From: an uncultured Phycisphaerales bacterium
Lineage (GTDB): Bacteria > Planctomycetota > Phycisphaerae > Tepidisphaerales > Tepidisphaeraceae
Direction of reading: 5' to 3'
NCBI GenBank assembly: GCA_963758525.1
Contig: CAVWVQ010000003.1
Span: 2,848,001-2,912,000 of the forward strand
DNA length: 64,000 nucleotides
The notes beneath the pieces are model-generated. The model made no database searches. It was not told where the DNA came from and saw nothing but the letters and a program-made list of their open reading frames with translations. Below are positions 44,049 through 54,797 of this stretch, piece by piece. Numbering within the stretch: position 1 is the first letter of the stretch; every line of letters starts with the position of its first letter. The position numbers were made by a program, and so were the translations under genes.

Positions 44049-45569
44049 TCAATCCACAAAATTCCAAAGCGTGTAATACGCCACGTTGTGCAGCAACGGC
44101 TGCTTGTCTGCGGATCTGACGCCATCGGTATGCAGCTCGTGAACGGCGCCGATTTGAAGGCCGTCGACCGCCAGATGAACGGATTTCCCATCGGCGCTGA
44201 CGGTCGCGGATTTGATCGTCGGCGTCGTGGGATCGACTTCGGGGCTGCCGTATTCAGATCGGTAGATGTAGCGGAAGGTGTTCATTTTGTAGCTGGCGAT
44301 GTCGCCGGCGCTGGCTTTGTCGACCGGCTCGGTGAACGTGATGTCAAACCCATTGTGCGCGAGCTGCACGTTGTACATCTCAAACGGCAGCTTCCCGGTC
44401 CAGACGAGGCGTTCGAGCGCGAAGAGCCTGGGCCCGACCGACCCCCAGCCGCGATTGGTGCCGCCGACGAAAAATGAGCCGTCGGGCGCCTGGATCATGG
44501 GGACGATCCCGGAGGCGAAGCCTTCGCGGAACGGGAAGCAGACGCCCTGATAGCGTCCCTTCACGGTCTGCAAGACGAACCGGCCGATGTTGCTGTGATG
44601 CTGATCGGCGCAAAAGATCTGATGTTCGAATGGTCCGAATTTTCCGCCGCTCATGTCGCAGACGATCCCGCTCTGTGACTGCCCAAGCTTTTCGTACGGC
44701 TGGAGGATCGGCGGCGGAAGGTATTCGGAGATCTTCTGCGCTTCGATATAAATCCGGCTCTGGCTCTGCGGATCGGGCGGTCGCGTCCCCATGTTGGGAG
44801 CCAGCGAATACCACTTGTTGCCGATCGGATGGCCCTGAAACGATCCCGGCACCAGGTAATGCAGTGCGTCTGCGCCGTTCCATGGCCCCTGGTTTTCGCT
44901 GTAAAACATCTCCCCCTTCTCGTTCATGCCGATGCCGCCAGGCGAGCGGATTCCGGAGCAGGTTGGGATTGCCTTTCCGTCAGGCGTGATGCGCAGGCAC
45001 CACCCGCGAAACGGCGAGTCGCTGGTGAACGATCCGGTGAGCGTGAGGAGCACCCAGAGGTTTCCCTCGCGATCGAACTTCGACATGAAGGCATATTCGT
45101 GATAGTCGCCGTTGATGCCCCAGGTGTCGCAGAAAGTTTCATAGACGTTGGCATGGCCGCGGCCGTCGCTGTCTTTGAGGCGGGTGACTTCGCCGCGCTG
45201 AATCGCATACATCCAACCATCGCGGTAGGCGAGGCCGAGGCACTCGTGCAATCCGGTTGCCCAGCGTTTGAAGGTGACGTTTTTTGGATCGCCGTAGGCG
45301 TTCTCGACAAGATAAATGTCGCCGTGCCGGGTGCCGACAAAGAGTTTCCCGTCCGCCAGGACTTCCGTTCCGCCGCATTCCAGTTCGATGCCGTCGGGAA
45401 TGGGGAATGTGATGATCTTGTAATATTCCGCCTCGGCCTTCGCGTCCGATGCGCCGCTGGCCGTTCCCTTTGCGCCCGCGAAGGATCCGCCAGGAAGCAT
45501 CAGGAGAAGAACGAGGATCGACGAAAGGGAGCATGCACTTTTTTCAGTCGCGAGATTCGAGCTATTCAC
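44049..45569 (-). CDS. Secreted beta-propeller protein (sugar-dehydrogenase-like, Planctomycete type)
   Basis: Signal peptide; GDYHEY, GIRSPGG, ENQGPW, GKFGPFEHQ, GTNRGW. Confidence 0.7.
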   Translation of the reverse strand: MNSSNLATEKSACSLSSILVLLLMLPGGSFAGAKGTASGASDAKAEAEYYKIITFPIPDGIELECGGTEVLADGKLFVGTRHGDIYLVENAYGDPKNVTFKRWATGLHECLGLAYRDGWMYAIQRGEVTRLKDSDGRGHANVYETFCDTWGINGDYHEYAFMSKFDREGNLWVLLTLTGSFTSDSPFRGWCLRITPDGKAIPTCSGIRSPGGIGMNEKGEMFYSENQGPWNGADALHYLVPGSFQGHPIGNKWYSLAPNMGTRPPDPQSQSRIYIEAQKISEYLPPPILQPYEKLGQSQSGIVCDMSGGKFGPFEHQIFCADQHHSNIGRFVLQTVKGRYQGVCFPFREGFASGIVPMIQAPDGSFFVGGTNRGWGSVGPRLFALERLVWTGKLPFEMYNVQLAHNGFDITFTEPVDKASAGDIASYKMNTFRYIYRSEYGSPEVDPTTPTIKSATVSADGKSVHLAVDGLQIGAVHELHTDGVRSADKQPLLHNVAYYTLWNFVD

Positions 45570-48370
45570 CAGTTCACCTCCGCCTGGAACGTCGCTTCAT
45601 TATTTTGGAATGTGATCGGAATCAATAGTTGCTGAATCGGCCCGCCGGAGCGAACCACCGGCTGCAGGCCGGGCGCGTCGATCTTCACGGAGTACTGATC
45701 GCCCACCGACCAAACCCCCGGCGATTTGGATTCGATCTTCGGACCGCTCGCGGCCAGAAAGTACATGCCCGCAACCGGTTGCTTCGCAGTCAGATGGAAC
45801 TTGCGGACCAGGGATACGGACTTGGCCACCTCGGGAATCGGCTGCTCCTCGATGAGCACGTCGTTGAGAATGTAATGGAACGCCGGTCGTTCCAGTTTGT
45901 CCAGAACGTATCCCTTGTATTGGCCGCCGATGTTGCGCTCGCCGGGCACGACCTTGGGCCATTCCGCGGCCGGGCTTGCGAGCACGGCAAATGCGGGACC
46001 GTCGGGCATGTGCAGGATGTCGGCGCCCAGCGGGCCCAGCGCCTTGCCGCCGCGACCGTCCCATTGCCCCCTGGCATCGAAGAATCTGCCCCGCCACGCA
46101 ACCGCAAGACGCACGGCATCGGCATCAAAGCCGACGCTCATCTGCTCGGGATAGCCGACGAGCACCGCGCGGACGCCGATCTTGCCCGGCACGAATAAGC
46201 CTGGCTCGACGAAGGTGCGATGGACGATCGGTTGATCGATCGGGACCAGTTCGAACCCGTTTGACGGCGCCAGCCCGGCGGGGAGTGCCATGCGGTCGCC
46301 CTGCGAGAGATAGTCCCAGATCGCGTCGATTTGCCCTTCCATCGTGCCCCCGGCGATGTCCTTGTAGGCGACGTCGCCATGATCCCAGAAGGACGGCATG
46401 CGTGTCGCGCGGTTCAGCTTCGCCGGATTCTCCAGGAGTTTTGCGAACCAGTCATGACGGAGCCGGGCATGGACTGTGCTGAGATCGATCGCGGGCATCC
46501 CCAGCGATTTCGCTCCGCTCACCCCATGACAGTTCACGCACCCCAGCCCGCGCGTTCCCACCAGCTTGCGCCCGTCGCTGGCGGTCTTTTCTGCGTACGC
46601 GGGCGACGCGTCGGGCGCCGGGCCGTCGGTTTGTTCAAGAGCGGCAGTCAGTCCGGCGAGGCGGTCGCTGCTGAACATCGGCATGCGCGTTGCCAGCACG
46701 GGGCGCACGTGCAGTTTTCCCTGAAAGACGATCTGGTCGATCGCATCGGGCAACAGCTTTGCGCCGACGTTGGTCAGGCGCGGCGGGAGCCGGCCTTCGT
46801 CGCCCATGTCAAATTCCGCGGTCATCGTGAAGAAGTCAACCCGATCCGGCGCCGGCCCGCCGACGCCATCACGGGTATGGCAGGCGTAGCAGTTCATCTT
46901 TGCCACGTCGCGATGTACCTGCTCCGCCGGAGAGAGGGCGGCTGACAGCGCCGTCTTATCCTTCAGCGCCGCGGAAATGGCCGCAACCTGATCGGTTCGC
47001 AGATCATATTTGGGCGCATCTTTTCCCGCTTGCGCGGCGAGACAACCAGCCGGTGAGCCCGGATCGAGCAAGGCAAGCCCCTTGGCGGAGCTGCCAGGCT
47101 TGAGGCCCTGCAAATTGTGACACGCTGCGCAACCCAGCGTCTGGAACAGCTCACGACCATGCCCGGCCTTTTGCTCGTCGACGGTGAACTGCTCACTCTG
47201 CAACGGAAGCAGCGGGGCTCCGATGCTGGAGAGGATTCGCGCCGGGATTGCCTGCTTCTTGATGTGCGGCCCCTGCCATTGAACGCTGAGCGAGAAACCG
47301 GCGGAGGCTTGGAAAAACGTCACATCGATCGCATGATCGCCGGCAGCGAGTTGGACGACTCCGGACTTCTCCGTCACCCCATGCCCGCCGTCATTGTCGA
47401 CTACTTCCTTCTGATCGATATACAGCCGCGAACCATCGTCGGAAGCCGTGAAAAACGTATACTTGCCCGCCTTGGCGATGGAGATGACGCCGCTGAATTT
47501 CACCGCAAAATTGATCTCCGGCAGCTTGGGAATTTCAAGGGAGAAGGTGCTGAGAGTTCCGTTGGAAGCCGACTGCAGCTTTTCGAACGTCTCGATTCGC
47601 GCATCGGCCGGGCGCGCCAGGTAGAGGTCATACCGCACCCCCGGCACGCGGGCCGGCTTGGCGCCGGCGGCCTGGGGATTGGTGATCTGATCGCGCAACA
47701 GATAGACCGCGATGCTCTGAGCCTCGCCGCGGCTCAACAGCAAGTTGGGCATCCGCCCGGCGGGGCGGTCCTTTGTCGGATCGAGCAGAAACAACGTCAG
47801 TTTTTCAATCGTCGTCTTCATCGCCAAATTTGCCAGCGGCACGGAAGGAACCGTCAGGTTGCCTTTCTTCTCTGGCGCATGGCAGGCGACGCATCCGACG
47901 GTGTGAAACAACTTGCGTCCAGCTTCGACCGTCTTCTCATCGGATGGCGCCGCCGTGGGAATGACAGGACCTCCAAGCGACACCAGAAAATGCGTGAGCG
48001 CTTCGACATCCTGCTGCCTGGCATCGGCGTCGAGGTCGCGAAGCAGATCGGGCATCGTGGTGCCGGGCTTGATCGCGTGCGGGTCGGAGAGAAACGTGCG
48101 CAGATATTGCGAGGTGATGCGCGATCCGGCCGCGCTCAGATCGGGCGCACCTTTTCGATCGATCCGCGGGCTGTCCGTCTGATGGCATGCGGTGCAGTTG
48201 AGTTCCCCCAGCAGCAATTCGCCGGAGCTGGCCGCATCAGGCGGCTTGGGCGCGTGCTCAAGCTGCTCGTAGCCGGGAACGATCGGCGGCGATTGAGCCG
48301 CCAGTGTCGCAGAACTCAGCAGAACAGTGAAAAAACAGCCGGCAATCACACCGCGACCGAATATTTGCAT
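45566..48370 (-). CDS. Multihaem c-type cytochrome with a PA14 domain
   Basis: Five CxxCH motifs (CTACH, CVACH, CAACH, CYACH, CVNCH); PA14 SDDGSRLYID..VDNDGGH. Confidence 0.85.
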   Translation of the reverse strand: MQIFGRGVIAGCFFTVLLSSATLAAQSPPIVPGYEQLEHAPKPPDAASSGELLLGELNCTACHQTDSPRIDRKGAPDLSAAGSRITSQYLRTFLSDPHAIKPGTTMPDLLRDLDADARQQDVEALTHFLVSLGGPVIPTAAPSDEKTVEAGRKLFHTVGCVACHAPEKKGNLTVPSVPLANLAMKTTIEKLTLFLLDPTKDRPAGRMPNLLLSRGEAQSIAVYLLRDQITNPQAAGAKPARVPGVRYDLYLARPADARIETFEKLQSASNGTLSTFSLEIPKLPEINFAVKFSGVISIAKAGKYTFFTASDDGSRLYIDQKEVVDNDGGHGVTEKSGVVQLAAGDHAIDVTFFQASAGFSLSVQWQGPHIKKQAIPARILSSIGAPLLPLQSEQFTVDEQKAGHGRELFQTLGCAACHNLQGLKPGSSAKGLALLDPGSPAGCLAAQAGKDAPKYDLRTDQVAAISAALKDKTALSAALSPAEQVHRDVAKMNCYACHTRDGVGGPAPDRVDFFTMTAEFDMGDEGRLPPRLTNVGAKLLPDAIDQIVFQGKLHVRPVLATRMPMFSSDRLAGLTAALEQTDGPAPDASPAYAEKTASDGRKLVGTRGLGCVNCHGVSGAKSLGMPAIDLSTVHARLRHDWFAKLLENPAKLNRATRMPSFWDHGDVAYKDIAGGTMEGQIDAIWDYLSQGDRMALPAGLAPSNGFELVPIDQPIVHRTFVEPGLFVPGKIGVRAVLVGYPEQMSVGFDADAVRLAVAWRGRFFDARGQWDGRGGKALGPLGADILHMPDGPAFAVLASPAAEWPKVVPGERNIGGQYKGYVLDKLERPAFHYILNDVLIEEQPIPEVAKSVSLVRKFHLTAKQPVAGMYFLAASGPKIESKSPGVWSVGDQYSVKIDAPGLQPVVRSGGPIQQLLIPITFQNNEATFQAEVNW

Positions 48371-48523
48371 CAATGTACGCTCCGCCAGTCCGGGGTGCTC
48401 TATAAGGATCCGCGGGAGAATAATACCTCGGCACTTTCGCTCGTCCAAATTATTCGCTGGAATAACGAGGAACATCGGCGGGTTGTAGCGATGACGAACC
48501 ACTTTTCTCACGAAAGGATCTTC

Positions 48524-48781
48524 ATGAAGAAGGCATCGCGCATCACATCAACGTTGGCCCTCGCGGCCATGACTGGGCTGGTTGCCGGGGCTGGCATGTC
48601 GCTGGTTGGTTGTTCCAACGGCACTTCTGCTGGAATGAACGCTGGCGACAAGGCGACTGCGCCGCACGATTGCAAAGGGACCAACGACTGCAAGGGGAAG
48701 GGCGGCTGCAAGACCGGTGACAACGGCTGCAAAGGGAAGAACTCCTGCAAGGGTCAGGGCGGCTGCAAAGTCGCTGCCTGA
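48524..48781 (+). CDS. Cys-rich lipoprotein, bufferin BufA2-like RiPP precursor
   Basis: GAAAGGA RBS; lipobox LVGC; CKGTNDCKGKGGC...CKGKNSCKGQGGC. Confidence 0.8.
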   Translation: MKKASRITSTLALAAMTGLVAGAGMSLVGCSNGTSAGMNAGDKATAPHDCKGTNDCKGKGGCKTGDNGCKGKNSCKGQGGCKVAA

Positions 48782-48813
48782 TCGCGAATCCGCCGGAGCA
48801 TCACGAATACCGT

Positions 48814-48856
48814 CGCGCTGTGCTGCGGCAAATGCCGCGGCACAGCGCGGCATTTT
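48814..48856 (+). terminator. Strong hairpin, probable terminator
   Basis: cgcgctgtgctgcggca-aa-tgccgcggcacagcgcg followed by gcatttt. Confidence 0.55.
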
Positions 48857-48966
48857 CGTTCGCTGCGCGGATGCTCCCGCTTTAGAGTGGTTTCGTCACG
48901 TTCTCATCACTTCGCCCGCGATGCGCTCGCCATCCATCACGACGGTTCGGCTATCATCCACCCTGC

Positions 48967-50224
48967 ATGGGCCTGTTTGAAATCACCACGCTGGTGATCG
49001 TCCTGACGGCGGTCTTCAGCTATCTGAACGCGCGGTACATTCGGCTGCCGACCACCATCGGAGTCATGGCGATCTCGTTGACGGTCTCGCTTGGACTGCT
49101 CGGACTCGGCGAAGTGTGGCCGGCGTTTCGACTGCAGGCTTCCGCGCTGGTCGCGCATATCGATTTCAATCGCGTGCTGTTCCACGGGATGCTTGCATTT
49201 CTGCTCTTTGCCGGCGCAACACCTCCAACTGGAGGAATTACGGCGGCAGTTGATACCGGTCACGCTCCTTGCCGTGTTTGGAACGATCATCTCCATGTTC
49301 CTCATCGGCATTCTCGCGTTCCAGGCGATGCGATTCGGCGGCGTGCAGATTCCGCTCGTCTGGTGCCTGCTCTTTGGGGCGCTGATATCCCCGACCGATC
49401 CGATTGCCGTCGTCGGGGTGATGCAAAAGCTCAAGGCGCCGCCCTCGCTCGAGGCGCAGATCGCCGGAGAATCGCTCTTCAACGATGGCGTTGGGATCGT
49501 GTTTTACAGCGCGCTGGCGGTGTCCGTAGGCGCGGGAGTCACGCCGTCCGCGATGCACATCGTCCGCATGGCGGCTCAGGAGTCTTTTGGGGGGATTGCC
49601 GTCGGACTGGTGAGCGGTGTTTTCATCAATTGGATGCTGAGGCGCGTGGACGACTATAAGGTGGAGCTGCTGCTGAGCCTGGCCTTGGCGATGGGGAGCT
49701 ACGTGCTGGGCGATCTTCTGCACGTCTCGGGGCCGATCTGCACGGTGGTGGCGGGGCTGATGATCGGCAACTATGGTCGCTTCTCGGGAATGTCCGAAGC
49801 GAGCCGGCAGAATTTCGACACATTCTGGGAACTGCTCGACGAAGTCCTCAACGCGGCCCTGTTCGTCCTGATCGGCCTGCAAGTGCTGGCCATCCCGCGG
49901 GGAAGAATTTACCTCATCGCGGCCTTGTTATGCGTACCGGTCGCCCTGATTGCCCGTGGCGCCAGCGTGGGGGGAATGGTGACGCTGCTGCGCCTGTCGC
50001 GACCGATCCGTCCCGGCACGATCCGCATTCTCACCTGGGGCGGGTTGCGCGGCGGGGTGTCGATGGCCTTGGCCCTGTCGATCGCGCCAGGGCCGTACCG
50101 GGAGCCGATCATTCTCGCGACGTACGCAATCGTCGTCTCGTCGATTCTGGTGCAGGGACTGACGGTGGGGAAGCTGGTGGCGCGAATGGAGCGCAGACCG
50201 AATCCGAGCGATAAACCCGAATGA
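48967..50224 (+). CDS. CPA1/NhaP Na+/H+ antiporter, one frameshift near 49218
   Basis: ISPTDPIAV, GESLFNDG, WGGLRG, ILVQGLT. Confidence 0.9.
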
Positions 50225-50299
50225 CGAAACCCCAAACCAGAATCGAATGTATTCAAATCCGAATGACCGAAGGACGAAATGGAAATCCGCCGTTGTAAG

Positions 50300-51784
50300 A
50301 TGGCGGCGATGTCGCTTCGGCGAAAAATGTCCCTCCAGATCGCGGCGACGATCGCCGGGCTGCTGCTGACCATCGCGGCGTCGCTCTGGGGGCTCAATGG
50401 TCTGCGCCAGGATTACGGCCTGGCATTGACGGGATACAGCGATCTCCGCCGGGTGTTCGAGGCGGGGTCGCATCTGGCGACGGCGCGCGCCCTGCTCGCG
50501 CCGCAGGGCGCGAATCGGGGGCGGGCGCTGACGGAAGTGCAGACGGCGGCGGACATGTTTCAAATGTTCGATGCCGCGGCAACCGGCGGTGCATCGCCGT
50601 TGCCATTGTCGAACGTCGCCCCGGTGAACGCCGCGCTGCGTGATGCGGTGGAACAGCTTGGCGCTCCCGCAGGCGGCGCGGATGCCGATTTAAAAGCGGT
50701 CGCGCGGGCGCTGGGACGCGTCGGAGATTTGGCGGCGGAGATACGGCAGCGCATTCAGGCCAGCCAGGATGCGGCACGCGACAAACGCCGGGCGACCGTC
50801 ACGGCCATGGGCGTGGTCTCGGCGCTGGCGGTGCTCGGCGCAGTCCTGCTGGGAATCTGGCAGTATCGCGGAGTCATCATTCCGCTGGCCCGCCTCAATC
50901 TAGGCGTGCGCAAAGTCGCGCGCGGGCATTTCTCGCAGCGCGTCGAGGTGAAGGGAAACGACGAGATCGCATCGCTCGCGGCGGATTTCAACCGCATGGC
51001 CGGCGAACTCGACGACTTCTATCAGCAGCTCGAACGCAAAGTAGCGCAGACCAGCCGCGATCTGGTCCGATCCGAACGGCTCGCCAGCGTCGGCTATCTT
51101 GCGGCGGGTGTCGCGCACGAAATCAACAACCCCCTTGGAATCATCAGCGGCTACGCGGAGATGTCGCTGGAGCAGCTCAAGCGATCGCCCTGCGGGAACG
51201 GCGAAATCGCCGGGGCGCTGCAGGTGATCTGCGACGAGGCGTTTCGCTGCAAGGATATCATCGCCAAATTGCTCAGCCTTTCTCGCGCTGGAGAAGACAG
51301 CCGGTCGCCGGTGGATCTGGCTGCGGTGACACGGGAGGTGGTTGGCATGATGGCCGGCTTACGCGATTATCGCGATCGGAAGATCGACGTCGCGGCCTCG
51401 GCGCCCAAGAATCTCATGGTGCGGGCCAATGAGGTGGAAATGAAACAAGTCGTGCTGAATCTGCTCGTCAACGCGCTGGAAGCGTCACCGGCCCAGACAG
51501 GCGAAGTGCGCGTGGAACTCACGGCCGACGAAAATCTCGTGCGGCTGGTGGTGAGCGATAACGGGAAAGGGATGAGTGCCCAGACTGCGGCGCGCGCGTT
51601 CGAGCCGTTCTTCACCGAAAAGAAGGGCGCGCTGCAGCCGGGGACGGGGCTGGGCCTGTCGATCACGCATGCGATTGTGGAAAGCCATGGCGGACGCATC
51701 CGCGCCGAGAGCGACGGACCCGGCCGGGGAAGCCGGTTCGTCGTTGAACTGCCGGCGGCGCAGCCGGTGGGGGAGGTGGCATGA
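50300..51784 (+). CDS. HAMP-domain sensor histidine kinase
   Basis: Two TM segments; GVAHEINNPL, NLLVNA, GTGLGL. Confidence 0.9.
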   Translation: MAAMSLRRKMSLQIAATIAGLLLTIAASLWGLNGLRQDYGLALTGYSDLRRVFEAGSHLATARALLAPQGANRGRALTEVQTAADMFQMFDAAATGGASPLPLSNVAPVNAALRDAVEQLGAPAGGADADLKAVARALGRVGDLAAEIRQRIQASQDAARDKRRATVTAMGVVSALAVLGAVLLGIWQYRGVIIPLARLNLGVRKVARGHFSQRVEVKGNDEIASLAADFNRMAGELDDFYQQLERKVAQTSRDLVRSERLASVGYLAAGVAHEINNPLGIISGYAEMSLEQLKRSPCGNGEIAGALQVICDEAFRCKDIIAKLLSLSRAGEDSRSPVDLAAVTREVVGMMAGLRDYRDRKIDVAASAPKNLMVRANEVEMKQVVLNLLVNALEASPAQTGEVRVELTADENLVRLVVSDNGKGMSAQTAARAFEPFFTEKKGALQPGTGLGLSITHAIVESHGGRIRAESDGPGRGSRFVVELPAAQPVGEVA

Positions 51785-52389
51785 ATCTCGCGGAACTGCG
51801 GCCCAAGGGACTGGTCATGGTGGTGGACGATGAGCCGCGCATGCGCGAGTTGCTGGTTCGCGCACTGACGCAATGGGGATTTGGCGTCAGCTCGGCCCGG
51901 AGTGGTGAAGAGGCGTTTCGCATGGCCGAGACGAGCGCGCCGGAGATCGTGCTGCTCGATCTGAACTTGCCGGGGATGGACGGACTCGAATGCTTCGCAC
52001 GGCTGAAGGAGAAGTTGCCGCGCGTTCAGGGAATTGTTCTGACAGGCTTTGCCAGCGTTGAGTCAGCCCGGCAGGCCGTGCACCTGGAGCTGGTGGAGTT
52101 TTTGACCAAGCCGTGTCATTTGGGCGAATTGGAAACTGCGCTTGACCGCGCGATGCGTCGGCTGATGCCAACGAAGAACACCCCGACGCCCGCGGCGCTG
52201 CACGCGCCAGGCGCGGCGGGCACTGCCACGGGGATGACGCTTGATGAGATGGAGCGCGAGCATATCCTCGCGACGCTGGAGCGCAATGACGGGAATCGCA
52301 CCGCGTCCGCGGCCGCGCTGGGAATCAGCCGGCGAACGCTTTATTACAAGCTTGAGGAATACCAGCGGCAGGGGCATGCCGTGAGGTGA
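51781..52389 (+). CDS. Response regulator, REC plus Fis-type HTH, no AAA+ domain
   Basis: LLDLNLPG; LGISRRTLYYKL. Confidence 0.88.
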   Translation: MNLAELRPKGLVMVVDDEPRMRELLVRALTQWGFGVSSARSGEEAFRMAETSAPEIVLLDLNLPGMDGLECFARLKEKLPRVQGIVLTGFASVESARQAVHLELVEFLTKPCHLGELETALDRAMRRLMPTKNTPTPAALHAPGAAGTATGMTLDEMEREHILATLERNDGNRTASAAALGISRRTLYYKLEEYQRQGHAVR

Positions 52390-52396
52390 GGGAGGG

Positions 52397-52610
52397 AGAT
52401 CTCAAATCTCAAATCTCAAATCTCAGATCTCAGATCTCAAATCTCAGATCTCAAATCTCAGATCTCAAATCTCAGATTTCAAATCTCAGATTTCAAATAT
52501 TTCAAATCTCGGATTTCAAATCTCAGATTTGAGATATCTGAGGTCTCATATCTGAAATATCTCTGAGGTCTCAAATCTGAGATATCTGAGATCTCAAATT
52601 TGAGATTTGA
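52397..52610. repeat. Heptamer array (ATCTCAA/ATCTCAG)n with inverted copies, between convergent genes
   Basis: Read directly; TGAGAT-type inverted units occur in the 3' half. Confidence 0.9.
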
Positions 52611-52622
52611 CATCTGCCGTGC

Positions 52623-53921
52623 CTACCGGTTGTTGCCCGCCGCGTGCGGAACGCGCGCGGGGCGTCCGTGCCGCGGCGATGGCTTGCGGGCGATCGATTT
52701 CCGACGGACCTGCTTCAGCCGTCGGTCGACCTGCACCGTCGGCTTGATCATCCCGGGCAATGATTCGTAGACCTCGAGCGTCTTCCCCGCAATCACATCC
52801 CATGTGAACGATTCGGCGACGGCTTGGCGCCCTTTTTCGCCCATCAGGCGGGCGTGCTTCCAATCCTGGAAGAGCGTGCCTAATCCCCAGGCTACGGAGT
52901 CGCCGTGCGGATAGATCTTCAGCCCGTCAACCCCGTGGCGGACGTATTCGTTGGGGCCGCCGTTCATGGTGGCGATCACAGGCTTCCCCGCGCTCCAGGC
53001 TTCGAGCACGACGATGCCGAACGGCTCGTTGCGACTGGGGACGCACAATGCGTCGCTCATCTTGAACAGGTCGATCAATTCGTTTCCCTCGCGATGACCG
53101 AGGAAACGGACGGCATGGCCGATGTGCAAATCCTTGGCGCGATGCTCAAGACTGTGGCGCAGATGACCGTCGCCGGCGAAGACGAATTTGGCGTGGGGGT
53201 AATAGTGCAGCACGTGCGGCACGGCATCGAGCATCAGATCGGGGCCCTTCTGCTGCACGAGCCGGCCGCAGAAGAGAACCGTTGGGTCGGTTGGGCCGAT
53301 GCCATAGCGGAGCTTCACCGCGCCTTGATCCAGTTCGCCGGCGAAGCGATGCATGCTGACGCCGTTGTAGACAACGTCGATCTTCCCTCCCGGCACTTCG
53401 TACATCCACATCAGCTCTTGGCGCGTGGCGTGGGAGACGGCGATCACGCGGTCGGCCCAGTAAGTGCCGGCCCGCTCCTGATGGCGCACGCGCTCCGATT
53501 GCCCGCCGTGGAAGACGTTGCCCGATCGACCATAGTCAGTGGAGTGCATGGTCAGCACCCCGCGCCGGCCGCGGCCCTGCTTGATCCAAATCATCGCATT
53601 GACGGCCAGCCAGTCGTGAGCGTGGACCACGTCAAACTCGCCGACGAAGTCTTCAACGCCGGCAAAGTGGTGCGCGAACGACGAACACATGCCGTTGACT
53701 TCATCGACGAAGTCGTTGGCGAGGTTCATAGGGCAGCGGTGATAATGAACACCGTAAATCTGCTCGTAATGTTTTTGCCCAGCCGACAGGCGGGTGAAAA
53801 CGTGAACCTGATGGCCCGCGCGCTCGAGTGAGGCCGCCAGCTCCGTGACGTGCGCAGCCACTCCGCCGACGGCAATGGAGTGGAGAGATTCCCAGGACAA
53901 CATCGCGATTCGCATTGTCAA
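52623..53921 (-). CDS. Glycosyltransferase family 4
   Basis: LSWE...GG, HAHDW, GRLVQQKG, EPFGIVVLEA. Confidence 0.9.
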   Translation of the reverse strand: MTMRIAMLSWESLHSIAVGGVAAHVTELAASLERAGHQVHVFTRLSAGQKHYEQIYGVHYHRCPMNLANDFVDEVNGMCSSFAHHFAGVEDFVGEFDVVHAHDWLAVNAMIWIKQGRGRRGVLTMHSTDYGRSGNVFHGGQSERVRHQERAGTYWADRVIAVSHATRQELMWMYEVPGGKIDVVYNGVSMHRFAGELDQGAVKLRYGIGPTDPTVLFCGRLVQQKGPDLMLDAVPHVLHYYPHAKFVFAGDGHLRHSLEHRAKDLHIGHAVRFLGHREGNELIDLFKMSDALCVPSRNEPFGIVVLEAWSAGKPVIATMNGGPNEYVRHGVDGLKIYPHGDSVAWGLGTLFQDWKHARLMGEKGRQAVAESFTWDVIAGKTLEVYESLPGMIKPTVQVDRRLKQVRRKSIARKPSPRHGRPARVPHAAGNNR

Positions 53922-54050
53922 TAAATTCCCAAGAGTCGCAGGAAGTACGGATGGGCGATGCCGCCGGTTCGCAACGTCTTCCTCTATACGGCTTTTCGTC
54001 AGATCGGTTTATGAGACGTGAAAATTGCGGGGAAAACTGCGAAGAAAAGA

Positions 54051-54783
54051 TCAAACCGACTCAAACTGCCGGCCCCTGGGGTCGGCGATTGCGAGCACCA
54101 TCGCGTGAAGACTCCTTGGTTTGGCGGGCACGAGTGTTCGCGCGATCGACTGCAGTGTCGCGCCAGATGTCATCACGTCGTCAATCACCAGAACGCGCCG
54201 GCCGGCAATGGATGTCGGATCGGTCAGGTTGAACGCGTCCTGCAGGTTTTCGAGGCGCTTCTGATGCGAATGAAGATTCGTCTGGCTCGGCGTGTTGCGA
54301 CTGCGCTTCAGCGGACGACACAGCCGCGAGCTCCCGAGGCGGCGGGCGATCACCTCAGCCTGGTTGTAGCCGCGCTGAAATTGCCGAAACGGGTGCAGCG
54401 GCACGGGGATGATCCGGTCCGCCAGACCGATTTCCTCGATGGCGCGATTCTTGCGCCAGTCGGTCTGCCAGGTGCTCCGCGATCGGCCACTGCCGGTGGT
54501 ATTTCATCCGGTGGATGAGATCTTTCAGCGGCTCGTCGAACCGCCCGAGCGCCACGATCGACTCATAATGGGGCACGCCCTTTCCCAGGCAACGGGGACA
54601 AGGCGCATCGCGCATCGGCAGCGGCATTGCGCACCGCTCGCAGGCCGGCGCACTGGCCAGGGCCTCGATCTGGGCGTTGCACGTCGCGCAAAGAAAATTC
54701 CCCGTGGCCGGAGCATTGCATGCCGCGCATTGCGCGGCAAAGCAGAGGTCGATCACATCGCTAAGCAACGTGTGAAGCCGCAT
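54051..54783 (-). CDS. comF: ComF-family double zinc ribbon/PRTase protein, one frameshift
   Basis: CxxC pairs, RGYNQA, VIDDVMTSGATL. Confidence 0.85.
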
Positions 54784-54797
54784 CGTTTCACGGATCG

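Noticed and set aside
47117..48523. Upstream part of the 554-aa plus-strand ORF
   Set aside because: Antisense to the cytochrome gene; only the last 85 codons have an RBS and protein-like features
52397..52610. Possible CRISPR array (also considered for 24697 and 59741)
   Set aside because: Contiguous 7-mers without unique spacers; no cas genes in the window
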